Part shown: positions 44,503 through 55,595 of the stretch, piece by piece
How the letters are laid out: each line of letters begins with the position of its first letter
Position numbering within the stretch: the first letter of the stretch is position 1
Sequence record: MK250019.1
Direction: 5' to 3' (one strand)
DNA length: 64,000 bases
The notes under the pieces: model-generated
Databases searched by the model: none
Told to the model about the DNA's origin: nothing
Seen by the model: only the letters and a program-made list of their open reading frames with translations
Translations under genes and position numbers: made by a program

Positions 44503-44870
44503 TAAAATTTAAAAAGAAGGATACAGATAATATATTAATCAGAGTTAAAGGTATATCAGGAAATGTAAAAGATTTATTATCATTGTTAGATAAACATGAT
44601 TTATCTATTGATGCATTATATAATTATAAGGAATTAGGAAAATATGTAGATAATTCAATTATAATGACTGATATACGTAATTTGCTATGTAATGGTGCAA
44701 ATGATTTAATTAATATATCACATATAAAAATAATGTATGATATTACAGAAGTAAAATGTATAAAATTTGATACTTTTTATTTTTTTAAAGCATTATTATC
44801 AGATGCATCTACATCAACATATTTTTTAACTAATGATAAAATGTTTATTGAAAAATATATTAAAAAATAA
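44499..44870 (+). CDS. Hypothetical protein
   Basis: ATGA-coupled ORF. Confidence 0.65.
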   Translation: MIKFKKKDTDNILIRVKGISGNVKDLLSLLDKHDLSIDALYNYKELGKYVDNSIIMTDIRNLLCNGANDLINISHIKIMYDITEVKCIKFDTFYFFKALLSDASTSTYFLTNDKMFIEKYIKK

Positions 44871-44873
44871 ATT

Positions 44874-45407
44874 ATGTAGTACGACGACACAATTATTATT
44901 AATCTGATTGCTGGTGCATGCGCAGGAAAATCAACTATTGCGAGTGGAATTTTTTATAAATTAAAAATGAAAGGAGTTGATTGTGAGCAGTCATTGGAAT
45001 ATGCAAAAGATCGGGTTTGGGAAGGAAGTTATTCAACAATGGATGATTAGATTTATATGTTTGGAAAACAATATCATCGTGTATGGAGATTGAATCATAA
45101 AGTATAGGTGGTTATATCAGATAGTCCATTAATTTTATCAATTTATTATTCTAAATTTAAAAGTAAATATTTTGAAGATTTTGTAATAGAGCAATTTAAT
45201 ACATTTCATAATATTACATATTTTATTGATAGAGACACTGAATATAATCAGAATGGAAGAATCCATACACTTGAATAGGCAAAAGAAGCAGATCAAGAAT
45301 TGAAAGATATTTTGGAAAAACATAATATTGAATATACCACTGTTAAAACAACAGAGGCAACGGATATTATAACAGATCATATTTTAGATATATTGAATAA
45401 GAAGTGA
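44874..45407 (+). CDS. P-loop kinase/ATPase, NadR/AAA_28-like (177 aa, TAG-recoded)
   Basis: ATG TAG start; INLIAGACAGKST, EYAKD, SDSPL, YNQNGRIH. Absent from the track. Confidence 0.8.
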
Positions 45408-45410
45408 GAA

Positions 45411-45454
45411 AATAAAGGGATGTAGATTATTACTAAATTCTACATCCCTTTATT
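45411..45454. terminator. Intrinsic terminator hairpin
   Basis: AATAAAGGGATGTAGA...TCTACATCCCTTTATT. Confidence 0.8.
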
Positions 45455-45498
45455 GCTTAAAATAAATAATGAAATATCATATACGAATATTTTAATTT

Positions 45499-47115
45499 AT
45501 GGAAGAAAGTAATCTTATTAATAATGATAATACATATAATACTGATATGAGTACATCATAGTCTACTATTGGTGGAAATGCAACCACAAATAATAAATTT
45601 AATAAAGATGATTTATAGGAAGTTACAGGTGGAGGAGGTGGAGGTATTGTTACACTACCAACTACAATAGTTGATGGATCTGAAACATCATAGACGACAG
45701 GAACTTTAACCCCTATATTATTAATATTAGGTGATGGTACATCTACAGATGAGGAACCAGTTTTGCTTGAAGAAGATGGAGACACAACATATAATGCTGT
45801 TATAAATTTAGATTTGGAATCTGATATACCTATCATTACATTTAAAAGTGAAGCATCGAGCAAGTGTGATGCAAATTATGTAATTGCTGTTACAGAATCA
45901 GATAAAACTATACCTGTTAGTTATAACTCAAAAAATTTGAGTACAACATTTACTAATGATGGTAATAATTGGTGTAGTGTTGAATTTAAAAATCCATTAG
46001 AGGTAACATTTCTAAATAAAAATTTAACAGCTGATAATTTTCCTGATAATTCTAAAATAATTGTGCCTGTTATATCATGTAAAGAAAATACAGGAGCAGA
46101 AAGAAATACAGTAATAACATTTAATATTGGAAATTTTTCTATATTACATAATATACAAATGAATGTTATATAGAGTGCATATTCAGGAGAAATTACAGCA
46201 GGACCTTGTGTATTAAAATATGTAAGTGGTGAAGGTAAAGATAACAAAACATATAAATATAAAATATTAACTAATAACACATATTATATATTTAAAAATA
46301 ATGGAAGTAGTTATATATATGAAAATGAAAATGATAGAGATGCTAATAATGTAGGAAAATTTTTTTTATGTTTTGGTATTGTTGATTAGAATGGTAATAT
46401 ATATGATAATTTACCAAAGGATTTTAATGAATTAACAAATAATTATACGAATTTAATAACATTATCAAAAACAAATTATAAATTATAGTTAATATATCAA
46501 ACAGAAGTGTATAGAGTTGGAACTGCTGCAATAATGGAGATTGATATACCAAATGATGCGAAACTTTAGGATGTAATTACTTTTAGTTATAATAATAAAC
46601 AATTTATGACACTTAAATATGGACATTAGGATTAGGAAAATACAATAATTGCAAGGGCAAAATGGTATGATTCAACTAGTCCTATTACTGATGGTAGTTT
46701 ATATTTTTTAACAAGTAAAAACGTTAAAAAAGAAATATGGTATAGTGGCACACCTTTATATTCTTATATGACTCAAGATAATATTATATTTTTAATAGAT
46801 AATAAATATCAAATAAATACAAATAGCAAAATATTAAGTAATGTATTAACTGAATATAACTTAGAAAATAACGGTGGTTATGATTTTAATTCCTATATGA
46901 ATTGTAACGTTATAGATATTTCTGATATAATAAATGATGTAGATGGAAACCATGTATATTTAAAAGATATAGAAAATGGTGAGCCTTTTATAAATTTTAA
47001 AATATATATTTATACACGAAATAATTAGAATGAATATATTTATTTAGGGTATATAGCAATGGGAGAAACATATAATGAAAGTGAAGCATTTATTGGTTTT
47101 TTTGATAAAAAATAA
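45499..47115 (+). CDS. Putative virion/adhesin protein with BACON-like domains (538 aa, TAG-recoded)
   Basis: Continuous frame ATG 45499 to TAA 47113. Gly/Thr-rich linker; ENTGAERNTVITF BACON-like strand. Confidence 0.7.
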
Positions 47116-47195
47116 TAACTTATAATTACGTCATTTAATTTACAGTATTTCATTTTTTAACGTAGATATATAAATTTATAGATAATTTATATATT

Positions 47196-48272
47196 ATGGA
47201 AACAGAAAAATATTATGGTCTTGGTCTTGACTTAGAAACAACAAAGAAAGATTCATCTATTATAGATTGTGAACTTCCTGGTAAATTACCAGAAAATCCA
47301 TCGCTAAATACTACGAATACATCTCTTTTAAATAAAGCAAGTACAATAAGTAATTATACAAAACTTGTAGATTGTCCAAAAGAATTTACATTAACTAAAC
47401 ATAATGATGCAATAACAGATAGTTCATTATAGGTAATAGAACAAAACTTATCTTTTAATGGTAACACTAACGTATCATATAATTATAGTATATCAATAGG
47501 TACAGGTACAGAGATAATAATAGGTACACGAAAAGATGTTTATCTTGGATATGAAGATATAAATAAAATATTTGAAGGAAATTTAAGTTCTGTAATGACT
47601 GCATATAGTGCTACATTAGATTCAGATGTTACAGGATGTTCTGCAAAGTTATCAAGGAGTGATACTACAGGAGCTTTAATTAAATATAGTTTAAATAAAT
47701 GTACTAAAGATAGAATTATTACATTTATCTATAAGAATACTCCTATATTTAAAATTAATTAGACTTATGAAAAAAAGGAAATATATCAAACTTTTTATAT
47801 ATTTTCAATTTCTAGTATAGGAATTGGTAATAGTTTTGCATTATTTGAAAATAATAATGTGCTTCCTAATTCGTTTGATATGAATTAGACTAACAAAATT
47901 CTTATGTATATAGGTAATGGCGTTAACCAAACTAATGGAATCATATTATTTTATTTTTGTAACACTCCATATGTACTAAATTTTATAACTGTAGAAGAAT
48001 TAATAAATAGTGGAAAATTAACGCATTTACAAGGACATGATTATTTAAATACTGAGTATAACAAATATAAGAGTTTATCACTAAATAAGGTAAATCGTAT
48101 AAATTCATACAATAGTTATAATTTTAGTACAATATAGGCAACATTATCCATGAAAATATCGATATTTATATCACGTGAAAGCGGGTTATATAGAATTCCA
48201 GATTATATATAGTTTAGTAATACAGATAATGCAAATCATGTTGGTGTATATAAGTATATAATATCAAATTAA
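47196..48272 (+). CDS. Putative structural protein with a BACON-like domain (358 aa, TAG-recoded)
   Basis: Track ORFs 47196 and 47904 are joined. LDSDVTGCSAK...KDRIITFIYKN resembles the 24180-25013 protein. Confidence 0.7.
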
Positions 48273-48275
48273 TAT

Positions 48276-48315
48276 AAAAGAGAGTTAGATAATCAAAAAT
48301 CTAATTCTCTTTTTT
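48276..48315. terminator. Intrinsic terminator hairpin
   Basis: AAAAGAGAGTTAGAT...ATCTAATTCTCTTTTT. Confidence 0.7.
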
Positions 48316-48374
48316 ATTTTTATAACTTNNNNNNNNNNNNNNNNNNNNNNATAGTAAAGTATATAAAGCAAGAA

Positions 48375-50303
48375 ATGCAATACACGATAGAATCAATAAA
48401 ATCAAATATATTAGATTGGGTTGAAAATAATATAGGTTTAGATTTTTCATTTAGAAAATATCAGCTTGAATCTATAATGTTTATTATTAAAAGTATATTA
48501 AATGATAACAGAGAAACTTCTATAATTGAAGCACCAACAGGCTCTGGTAAATCTCTTATATGTATTATATGTGCAGGTGTATTGTCAAAATATTATCATA
48601 AATCATCATATATACTTTGTTCAGATCTTTTTCTCTGGCAGCAATATGCGGATTTTATTGATAAAATGTCATTATATGAATTTGGTTATATAAAGGGTGC
48701 AATAGGAAATTATACATGTTTTGTTAATAAGCAAGATCTCAGTTGTGGTCGTTGTAAACTCGCAAAAGTTTCTTATGGACAGTTAAGAGATAAGAATTGG
48801 AGAGAACGTAATATGTTTACATGTGTTGAACGATGTAAATATATGCAAGATAGATTTAGAGCAGAACGTTCAAATGTTACACTTATGACATATCAGTTAT
48901 GGCTTCATCATATGAATCTTGTAAATCAAAAAGCAGGAACAAATCATCCATTTCCAAAGCGTGATGTTGTTTTTTGTGATGAGTGTCATAATATTCCTGA
49001 TCTAGTTCAACAATTCTGTTCACCAACACTTCGAGATCAATCTCATACAAAGAAATTAATGGATATTCTTGATTATGCAGAACAACATAATATTGAAATG
49101 AAAACGCTTTCATCTGATATAATATATGATGAATTTTTTAAACCAGAATATTTAACACAATTATTAAATGAAAATAAAAAACTTGATACACACTATACAT
49201 CTATATTTGATAACGATAATATTAAAGACCGGTTGGATGTGGTATTTACTGGTCTTAATTACTATCATGATGATGCGGAACAAATTATAACATTACTTAA
49301 ATTATTCCGAAATATTCTTACTATTGTTGCAAATGTTAATTCATCATTAGAAGATGAAATTCAACATGAATCATTATTCAATACAAAGAATATGGATAAA
49401 GATATGGAAACATTGTCAAAAAGATTAACATGGTTCCATACATTTGGAAATTCATTTGAAGATTTCATGGAAGCAATTAAAAAGTCAGGAACTGAATATA
49501 TGTTAATGGAAGTTAATGTTAATCCAGAAACACATGAAAGAACATATCAGTTTAATTGTGCAAAAGAAGATTATCTTTGTAATGAATACCTATTATCACA
49601 TGCAAATAATAAAGTTCTTTTGTCTGCTACCGTGGGATCTCATCATGCATTTGATGAAAATATAGGAACTAAATATACAAAACAACATGAATCTTTTTTC
49701 TCAAAGATTCCATCTACATTTGATTTCAGTAAATCTCCTATATATTATATTCCTAAATATAAAATGAATTATGCAAATAAAGCTCATGATTTTCCAATGA
49801 TTCAACAAATGGCAGCAAAAATTATAAATGCGCATAATCAATATAGAGGAATTATTCATACAGGTTCATATGAAAATGCAAGACTTTTTTATAATAGTGT
49901 TCCATATGAAGTAAGAAAACGGTTATTCCTTTATGGTACACCAAAACAAAAAGAAGAAATAATGCCGGATTTTAAAAAATCAACTAATGGTATTTTAGTT
50001 GGTCCAACATTAACGGAAGGTATTGATCTTCCAGATGATTATTGTAGATTTATTATATTGATGAAAGTACCATATCCAAATATTACAAGTAAAATTGTAA
50101 AAAAGAAATTAGAATTATTCCCATTATGGTATAATTGTACTACAAGTAATATTATTATACAAAGTATAGGTAGAGGCGTCAGAAATGAACATGATTACTG
50201 TACAACATATATATTAGATGGATGTTTTGGTAATTTATATCAACAAACAAAAGAACAATATTCTCCCGAACTTCAAAATAGAATAAAAATAATTTATGCA
50301 TAA
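48375..50303 (+). CDS. SF2 helicase, DinG/XPD family
   Basis: APTGSGKS, DECH, EGIDLPDDYCRFIILMKVPYP, QSIGRGVRNEHD. Confidence 0.9.
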   Translation: MQYTIESIKSNILDWVENNIGLDFSFRKYQLESIMFIIKSILNDNRETSIIEAPTGSGKSLICIICAGVLSKYYHKSSYILCSDLFLWQQYADFIDKMSLYEFGYIKGAIGNYTCFVNKQDLSCGRCKLAKVSYGQLRDKNWRERNMFTCVERCKYMQDRFRAERSNVTLMTYQLWLHHMNLVNQKAGTNHPFPKRDVVFCDECHNIPDLVQQFCSPTLRDQSHTKKLMDILDYAEQHNIEMKTLSSDIIYDEFFKPEYLTQLLNENKKLDTHYTSIFDNDNIKDRLDVVFTGLNYYHDDAEQIITLLKLFRNILTIVANVNSSLEDEIQHESLFNTKNMDKDMETLSKRLTWFHTFGNSFEDFMEAIKKSGTEYMLMEVNVNPETHERTYQFNCAKEDYLCNEYLLSHANNKVLLSATVGSHHAFDENIGTKYTKQHESFFSKIPSTFDFSKSPIYYIPKYKMNYANKAHDFPMIQQMAAKIINAHNQYRGIIHTGSYENARLFYNSVPYEVRKRLFLYGTPKQKEEIMPDFKKSTNGILVGPTLTEGIDLPDDYCRFIILMKVPYPNITSKIVKKKLELFPLWYNCTTSNIIIQSIGRGVRNEHDYCTTYILDGCFGNLYQQTKEQYSPELQNRIKIIYA

Positions 50304-50637
50304 TCAAGAACTTTATTTAAAGAATTCAGGATTATTATTTGCACATAAGTTTGAAAGAGTTGTTCATGGCGGTAGAGGAGATTATGTTGAATTTACATAT
50401 GAACAAATTCTTCCAAAACTTTATTATAAATTTGATGAAGACCACATGGAATTTGATATAAATAATTTTGACAAATATACAGGCTTTTATTACCATTGGT
50501 TATATCCTTTATTTGATACTGAAACAAAAGTATATTTTCAGTTAAAAACTGTCAAATACGCTGATTATAAATTATATCATTTTTATGTAAGTCCAGATTT
50601 ATTCATAAATTTTAAAGATCCCCAAAGTTTATTTTAA
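50296..50637 (+). CDS. Hypothetical protein
   Basis: 113-aa ORF coupled to the helicase. Confidence 0.7.
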   Translation: MHNQELYLKNSGLLFAHKFERVVHGGRGDYVEFTYEQILPKLYYKFDEDHMEFDINNFDKYTGFYYHWLYPLFDTETKVYFQLKTVKYADYKLYHFYVSPDLFINFKDPQSLF

Positions 50638-50640
50638 AAT

Positions 50641-51603
50641 ATGATGGAATAGAATAAAAATAAGAAAAAGATATTAATATTACTGATGTCATGTAATATA
50701 GAATTCTTTTAGAAAGAAGAAGAACTTTGTAAACAAACATAGCTTTCTAATATTGATTAGTATGATAATATAGACTATTTTATATATACAGCATCAGACA
50801 ATGATAAATGTTATATAAGTACAAACAATCATAAAATAAAAGTACCAACTAATGATGATTTGTATTCAACATTATCAAAAACATTATTAACATTACAAGT
50901 ATTAGAACAAATACAAATATTATAGAATTATGATTATATATTCAGAACAAATTTATCTACTTATATAAATATTTCTTTATTAAATGAATTTGTATAGAAT
51001 ATAAAGGATGATAATATTACATATGCAACTGAATGTTATATAACAAAAGAACAAGGACCATATAAGTATTGTATATTTCCATAGGGTAATGGTACATTAT
51101 TATCTCGCAAATTATATAAACAATTTACGTTTGATAATTTCTACAGATATATGGAAATATATAAAGATATTTATAAACCGGATGTAACAGCAAGCATTGA
51201 TGATAATGGTATGGGATTTATCTTAACATGTTATTATTTGGAAAACAAGTTTGATATATTTGACATGTTTTAGGAATTTGGTTTTGTTAGACCGGAATAT
51301 CTGCATGAACCAGATCCATATTATGATAATATAAATGATTTTAATAAATGTATAGCAATTTCATATAGAGTTTTTAAGAATAGAACTTTATAGAATGAAT
51401 CTGATAACTGTATGTATATTCACAGGAATATAAAATACGATAATACAGATTTATCATTTATAAATAAATGGTTATAGAAAGATATGATTCATCTTGTTGT
51501 TACATATTTAATTGATGATATTATTATAAAACAAGATGCATTAAATATTCTTAAATATAATAAAGATTTTAGAAATATACCATATATTAAATATGAAAGA
51601 TAA
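50641..51603 (+). CDS. Glycosyltransferase-like protein (320 aa, TAG-recoded)
   Basis: YDYIFRTNLSTYIN and IDDNG; continuous with TAG=Gln. Absent from the track. Confidence 0.65.
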
Positions 51604-52540
51604 GAAAATAATTATATTGTCAATGTGTTGTAATTAGGAATTATTTCAGTAGTAGGAATATAGATTACGCACAGAATTATATGCAAAAGATATTTTAAAT
51701 CATGAATTTAAAAATGTCGATTATTGGACATATACTGCATCTACAGATGGTAAATATCATGTAAATAAAAAATTACATAAGATAGAAGTACCAACAGACG
51801 ATTCATTAAATGGAACATATGAAAAAACATATCAAGCATTTAAATTATTAGAACAACTTAATTTAGATTATGATTATATATTAAGAACTAATTGTTCAAC
51901 ATACATAAATGTTAATTTGTTAAAAAGTTTTGTTAATCGATTAACAGATGAACGAATAATTTATTCTAATAATGTATATTGCACAAAAGATGGTTCAGGT
52001 CCATATGAGTGGAGTTTATATGGTGTTGGTAATTCATTATTATTATCAAAATTTTGGATTAACATTATATTAAATAATCATATATCTAAGATTAAAAATA
52101 TTAATGAAAATAAAGCAAGTAAAAGTGCAATATTTGAAATTGATGATAATGCTATAGGTTTTACAGTAAATTGTTATTGTCTTCAACATAATTATGATGT
52201 ATGTTTTATATGGCAGTCATGGAAATCACCATTGCCTAATGTTGATATTAATAATGCGGGTGATTATATTGCAATACCGTTTAGAGAATATAATAAAGCA
52301 AAAACAAGAGATAATGAGTATGATAAATCATTATATATACATAAGTAGATAACAGAAAATAATGGTATATATGATGATGATTATATAAAGAGTTTAACAG
52401 AAAATCAATACATGCATATATTAGATTTTGATTAGAATATGCATTCTATAGTAACTAAAGAGTTCTGTAAGAATTTTATGGATGTCGTTTATTTTCCATA
52501 TTATTTAAAAAACATAAAAAAGCAAATGAATAAAAAATAA
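51593..52540 (+). CDS. Glycosyltransferase-like protein (315 aa, TAG-recoded, includes TAG TAG)
   Basis: YDYILRTNCSTYIN and IDDNA; overlaps the previous gene by 11 nt. Confidence 0.65.
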
Positions 52541-52544
52541 AGAT

Positions 52545-52754
52545 ATGGTAGATTTAGAATACGTTAAAGGAAATGTACGTGAAGGATGGATGTTGAATCC
52601 AAATGAAAAAATTGTAAATGGAATTATTAAAGGTATTAATCGTTGTAATGGTGATTGCCCTTGTAATAATGATTCTGAGGAAAAACATTGTCCATGTTCT
52701 AATTATAGAACAAAAGATAAATGTTGTTGTAAATTATATGTTAAACAAGATTAA
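52545..52754 (+). CDS. Ferredoxin-thioredoxin reductase catalytic (beta) subunit-like protein
   Basis: CPC...CPC...CCCKLY pattern in 69 aa. Confidence 0.7.
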   Translation: MVDLEYVKGNVREGWMLNPNEKIVNGIIKGINRCNGDCPCNNDSEEKHCPCSNYRTKDKCCCKLYVKQD

Positions 52755-52765
52755 TTTAATTTATT

Positions 52766-53482
52766 ATGGCTAAACATACAATAGATATTATAGAAGGAGT
52801 AAAGAATTTTTCACAAATGAAATTATTTACTATTAATAATTCATCAGAAGAAAATATTTCTTTTTCAAACGATGGATTATATCCTTGTATTAAAGTAACA
52901 AAGGAAGAAGTTCAGAAATATATCGAGCAGAATAAATTTTATTATATTCATACATATGGTGAAATTTATAATTTAACTGATGATATTTATGGAACTATTC
53001 TTGTTTATAATGAAGACGATAATTGTTATAATATTGGTATTATTAATATGTCGTCTGATATTGGTATGAAAGGTGATATTATTACTTTTATCAATTTAAC
53101 AAAGAGGATTAATAGTGATAATGAATATTGGACACCGAAATATTGTTTTTATAATTATGAAAAATTTCATAATTACCAGACAACATTAATGTATCTTTTT
53201 GATACACGAAAAGAATCGGCAGAAGATTTATTGTTGGATATTATTCAAAAATATAAATTTAAACTTTCTAAAGAAAAAGCGAATGTCATTACATTAAATA
53301 ATAAAGAACTATATCAACAGAAATTTGATAAATTATTTAATGAACGTGTAGAAGAACTTAAAAAAGAAATTGAATCTATACTTAATAATGAAAAGCAAAA
53401 ATCTGAAAGTGAAATAACCAAATTAACTGAAAAGATTACATATACACAGGAAGATTTAAATAAGGTTAGAGAATGGAATTAA
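52766..53482 (+). CDS. Hypothetical protein
   Basis: 238 aa, C-terminal coiled coil. Confidence 0.7.
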   Translation: MAKHTIDIIEGVKNFSQMKLFTINNSSEENISFSNDGLYPCIKVTKEEVQKYIEQNKFYYIHTYGEIYNLTDDIYGTILVYNEDDNCYNIGIINMSSDIGMKGDIITFINLTKRINSDNEYWTPKYCFYNYEKFHNYQTTLMYLFDTRKESAEDLLLDIIQKYKFKLSKEKANVITLNNKELYQQKFDKLFNERVEELKKEIESILNNEKQKSESEITKLTEKITYTQEDLNKVREWN

Positions 53483-54015
53483 TCAGTTATGAAGATTTTA
53501 AACAACATGAATCTAAGTCAGTATATGCTGTTATATATTCATCAATATTAAATAATGGTATTTTACCATTAGCAGAAGAACTTTCATCAAAGGAAATAGA
53601 TAATTTAACAGATATATTTAATGATGATAATATAAAACCGGTTAAATTTACTCTGGTAAAAACAAGTAACATATTACCATCTAATAATTTATTCATTAAA
53701 TATATGTTACAACCTATTGATAATAATTGGAATAATCCTAATATTCCATATATTTTTTATCGAGAATGTAAAGATAATCCTTTAGTATTTGCAATAATAT
53801 ATAATATAGAAGATCAAACATTGAAATATTCAGTCCCTTATGGAAATAATAGGAATATCCATATGTTTTCTACTTTGGAAGAATGTAATGATTATATAAC
53901 TAAATGTAAGGAAATTATTATACATAATTTATTATCATATTATAAAACGAAGATTTCACAGTATACTACTACTGTAAATAAAATTGAGTCAAAAATTGAT
54001 GATTTTTTATCATAA
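53473..54015 (+). CDS. Hypothetical protein
   Basis: 180 aa, overlapping start. Confidence 0.7.
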   Translation: MELISYEDFKQHESKSVYAVIYSSILNNGILPLAEELSSKEIDNLTDIFNDDNIKPVKFTLVKTSNILPSNNLFIKYMLQPIDNNWNNPNIPYIFYRECKDNPLVFAIIYNIEDQTLKYSVPYGNNRNIHMFSTLEECNDYITKCKEIIIHNLLSYYKTKISQYTTTVNKIESKIDDFLS

Positions 54016-54147
54016 TTTATCAAATATTTATATTATTTTTTAATTAATTTTGAGGTTTTATTAAAATTAGCCAATATTTTAATAAAACCTTAATTTTAAT
54101 ATATACATATTTAAATTAGATAAATAATAAAAATGATTTTTAATTGA

Positions 54148-54420
54148 ATGGAACCAAAAAAACATAGTTCACGCGATGGTTTAAGTGTTGTTGATGTTAA
54201 TGATACACCAGAAGACGTATATATGGATTCTTTTTTAGAAGATGGTGATGACGGTTTCGTAGAAAATATAGAACCAGATAAAATGCCAACAGAAGATTTA
54301 CGAATTGAAGCGCTTAAACGTGCGATAGATATTGCAAAATTAATGAGTAACGTAACAACTCAAGACGTTATTAATATTGCAGCTAAGATTGCTGATTATA
54401 TCAGTAATACATAGATTTAA
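54148..54420 (+). CDS. Acidic hypothetical protein, paralog A
   Basis: EDLRIEALKRAIDIAKLMSNVTTQDV; TAG readthrough adds two residues before TAA. Confidence 0.75.
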
Positions 54421-54445
54421 AAATAATATATTTAAGTTATATAAT

Positions 54446-54832
54446 ATGAATACAACTACATTAAAAGAAAGATTAGGTCTTGATGAAGAAGCCGTATTTG
54501 AAGATGGTGTAACAGCAACAGATGACGGTATGACTGATGAAGAACTTAAGATTGAATCATTGAAAATTGCAACTAATATAGGTAAACTTATGAGCAATGT
54601 AACAACAGAAGATATTGTAAGTATTGCAGAAACAGTTGCTAAATTTATTAAGGGTGGTGAAGGTGCCTCACTTGAAACTACAAATGATGATAGTTCATCA
54701 GATGAAGATAATGGTGAAACAGAAGAAGACTTTAACACTGAAGATGAAGAAACACCAGAAGAAACACCAGAAGAAACAGATGAAGGAACATCTCCTGCAG
54801 CTGGTGAAGATGAAGAAGATTTTGAAATTTAA
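54446..54832 (+). CDS. Acidic hypothetical protein, paralog B
   Basis: EELKIESLKIATNIGKLMSNVTTEDI with a D/E-rich tail; start at ATG 54446. Confidence 0.75.
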   Translation: MNTTTLKERLGLDEEAVFEDGVTATDDGMTDEELKIESLKIATNIGKLMSNVTTEDIVSIAETVAKFIKGGEGASLETTNDDSSSDEDNGETEEDFNTEDEETPEETPEETDEGTSPAAGEDEEDFEI

Positions 54833-54954
54833 TAATATAGGAATAACAATATTTAGCGATTTTGTTATTCCTTTTATTTTTATCATAAATAGACTTTATT
54901 TATATTTGGATATATAAACTTTAAATATTCATAAAACTAAAAAGAAATAAAGTT

Positions 54955-55464
54955 ATGACAGAAGTAAATGTTAATGGATCTATTGATCTTAATGTAAATC
55001 GTGGTAAGAGAGTGAATAATAATCAGCGTCCGCGTTTCAAGAAGGATGAGCACAAGCCACGTGTAAAGACAGATGAAGAGTATATTGCTCAGCTTAATGC
55101 AGCAATGCAGAAGGCAGGTGGACGCTATGTAAAATTTGATAATGTAGATCATACAGAAGGACTTATGGTTGCAGGTGTGCAGTCAAATGATGGAAAGTAT
55201 ATGTTTGCTGTAGTAGATCGAGATCGTCATGTTCAGCTTGTAGGAAATAATGAACATTTTTCAGTGATTCGTAATGTACCTGCAAGCCTTTATGTACTTG
55301 ATTATCTTTATCACCGTGAATCAGCAACGTTACATGAAATGGTAACAAATACATTTGATATTGATAATACAAAACTTATCACAAAGCTATATATCAATGT
55401 ACATAAGAAAACTACTAAGACTAATAAGAAAGTAAAGAATACAAAGAAGAACACAAAGAAGTAA
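54955..55464 (+). CDS. Hypothetical protein with basic termini
   Basis: 169 aa. Confidence 0.75.
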   Translation: MTEVNVNGSIDLNVNRGKRVNNNQRPRFKKDEHKPRVKTDEEYIAQLNAAMQKAGGRYVKFDNVDHTEGLMVAGVQSNDGKYMFAVVDRDRHVQLVGNNEHFSVIRNVPASLYVLDYLYHRESATLHEMVTNTFDIDNTKLITKLYINVHKKTTKTNKKVKNTKKNTKK

Positions 55465-55595
55465 GTATCAATAGATTTAATTATTTTACTTCTAATATAG
55501 AGATATAATTCAGTATATGAGTTATATCTCTTTTTTATTTTATAAACTTATACTTTATTTTTAAATATAATATGTAAATAGTTAATTGTACAAAA

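Noticed and set aside
45492-46280. Minus-strand track ORFs 45492-45863 and 45921-46280
   Set aside because: Antisense to the recoded 45499-47115 gene.
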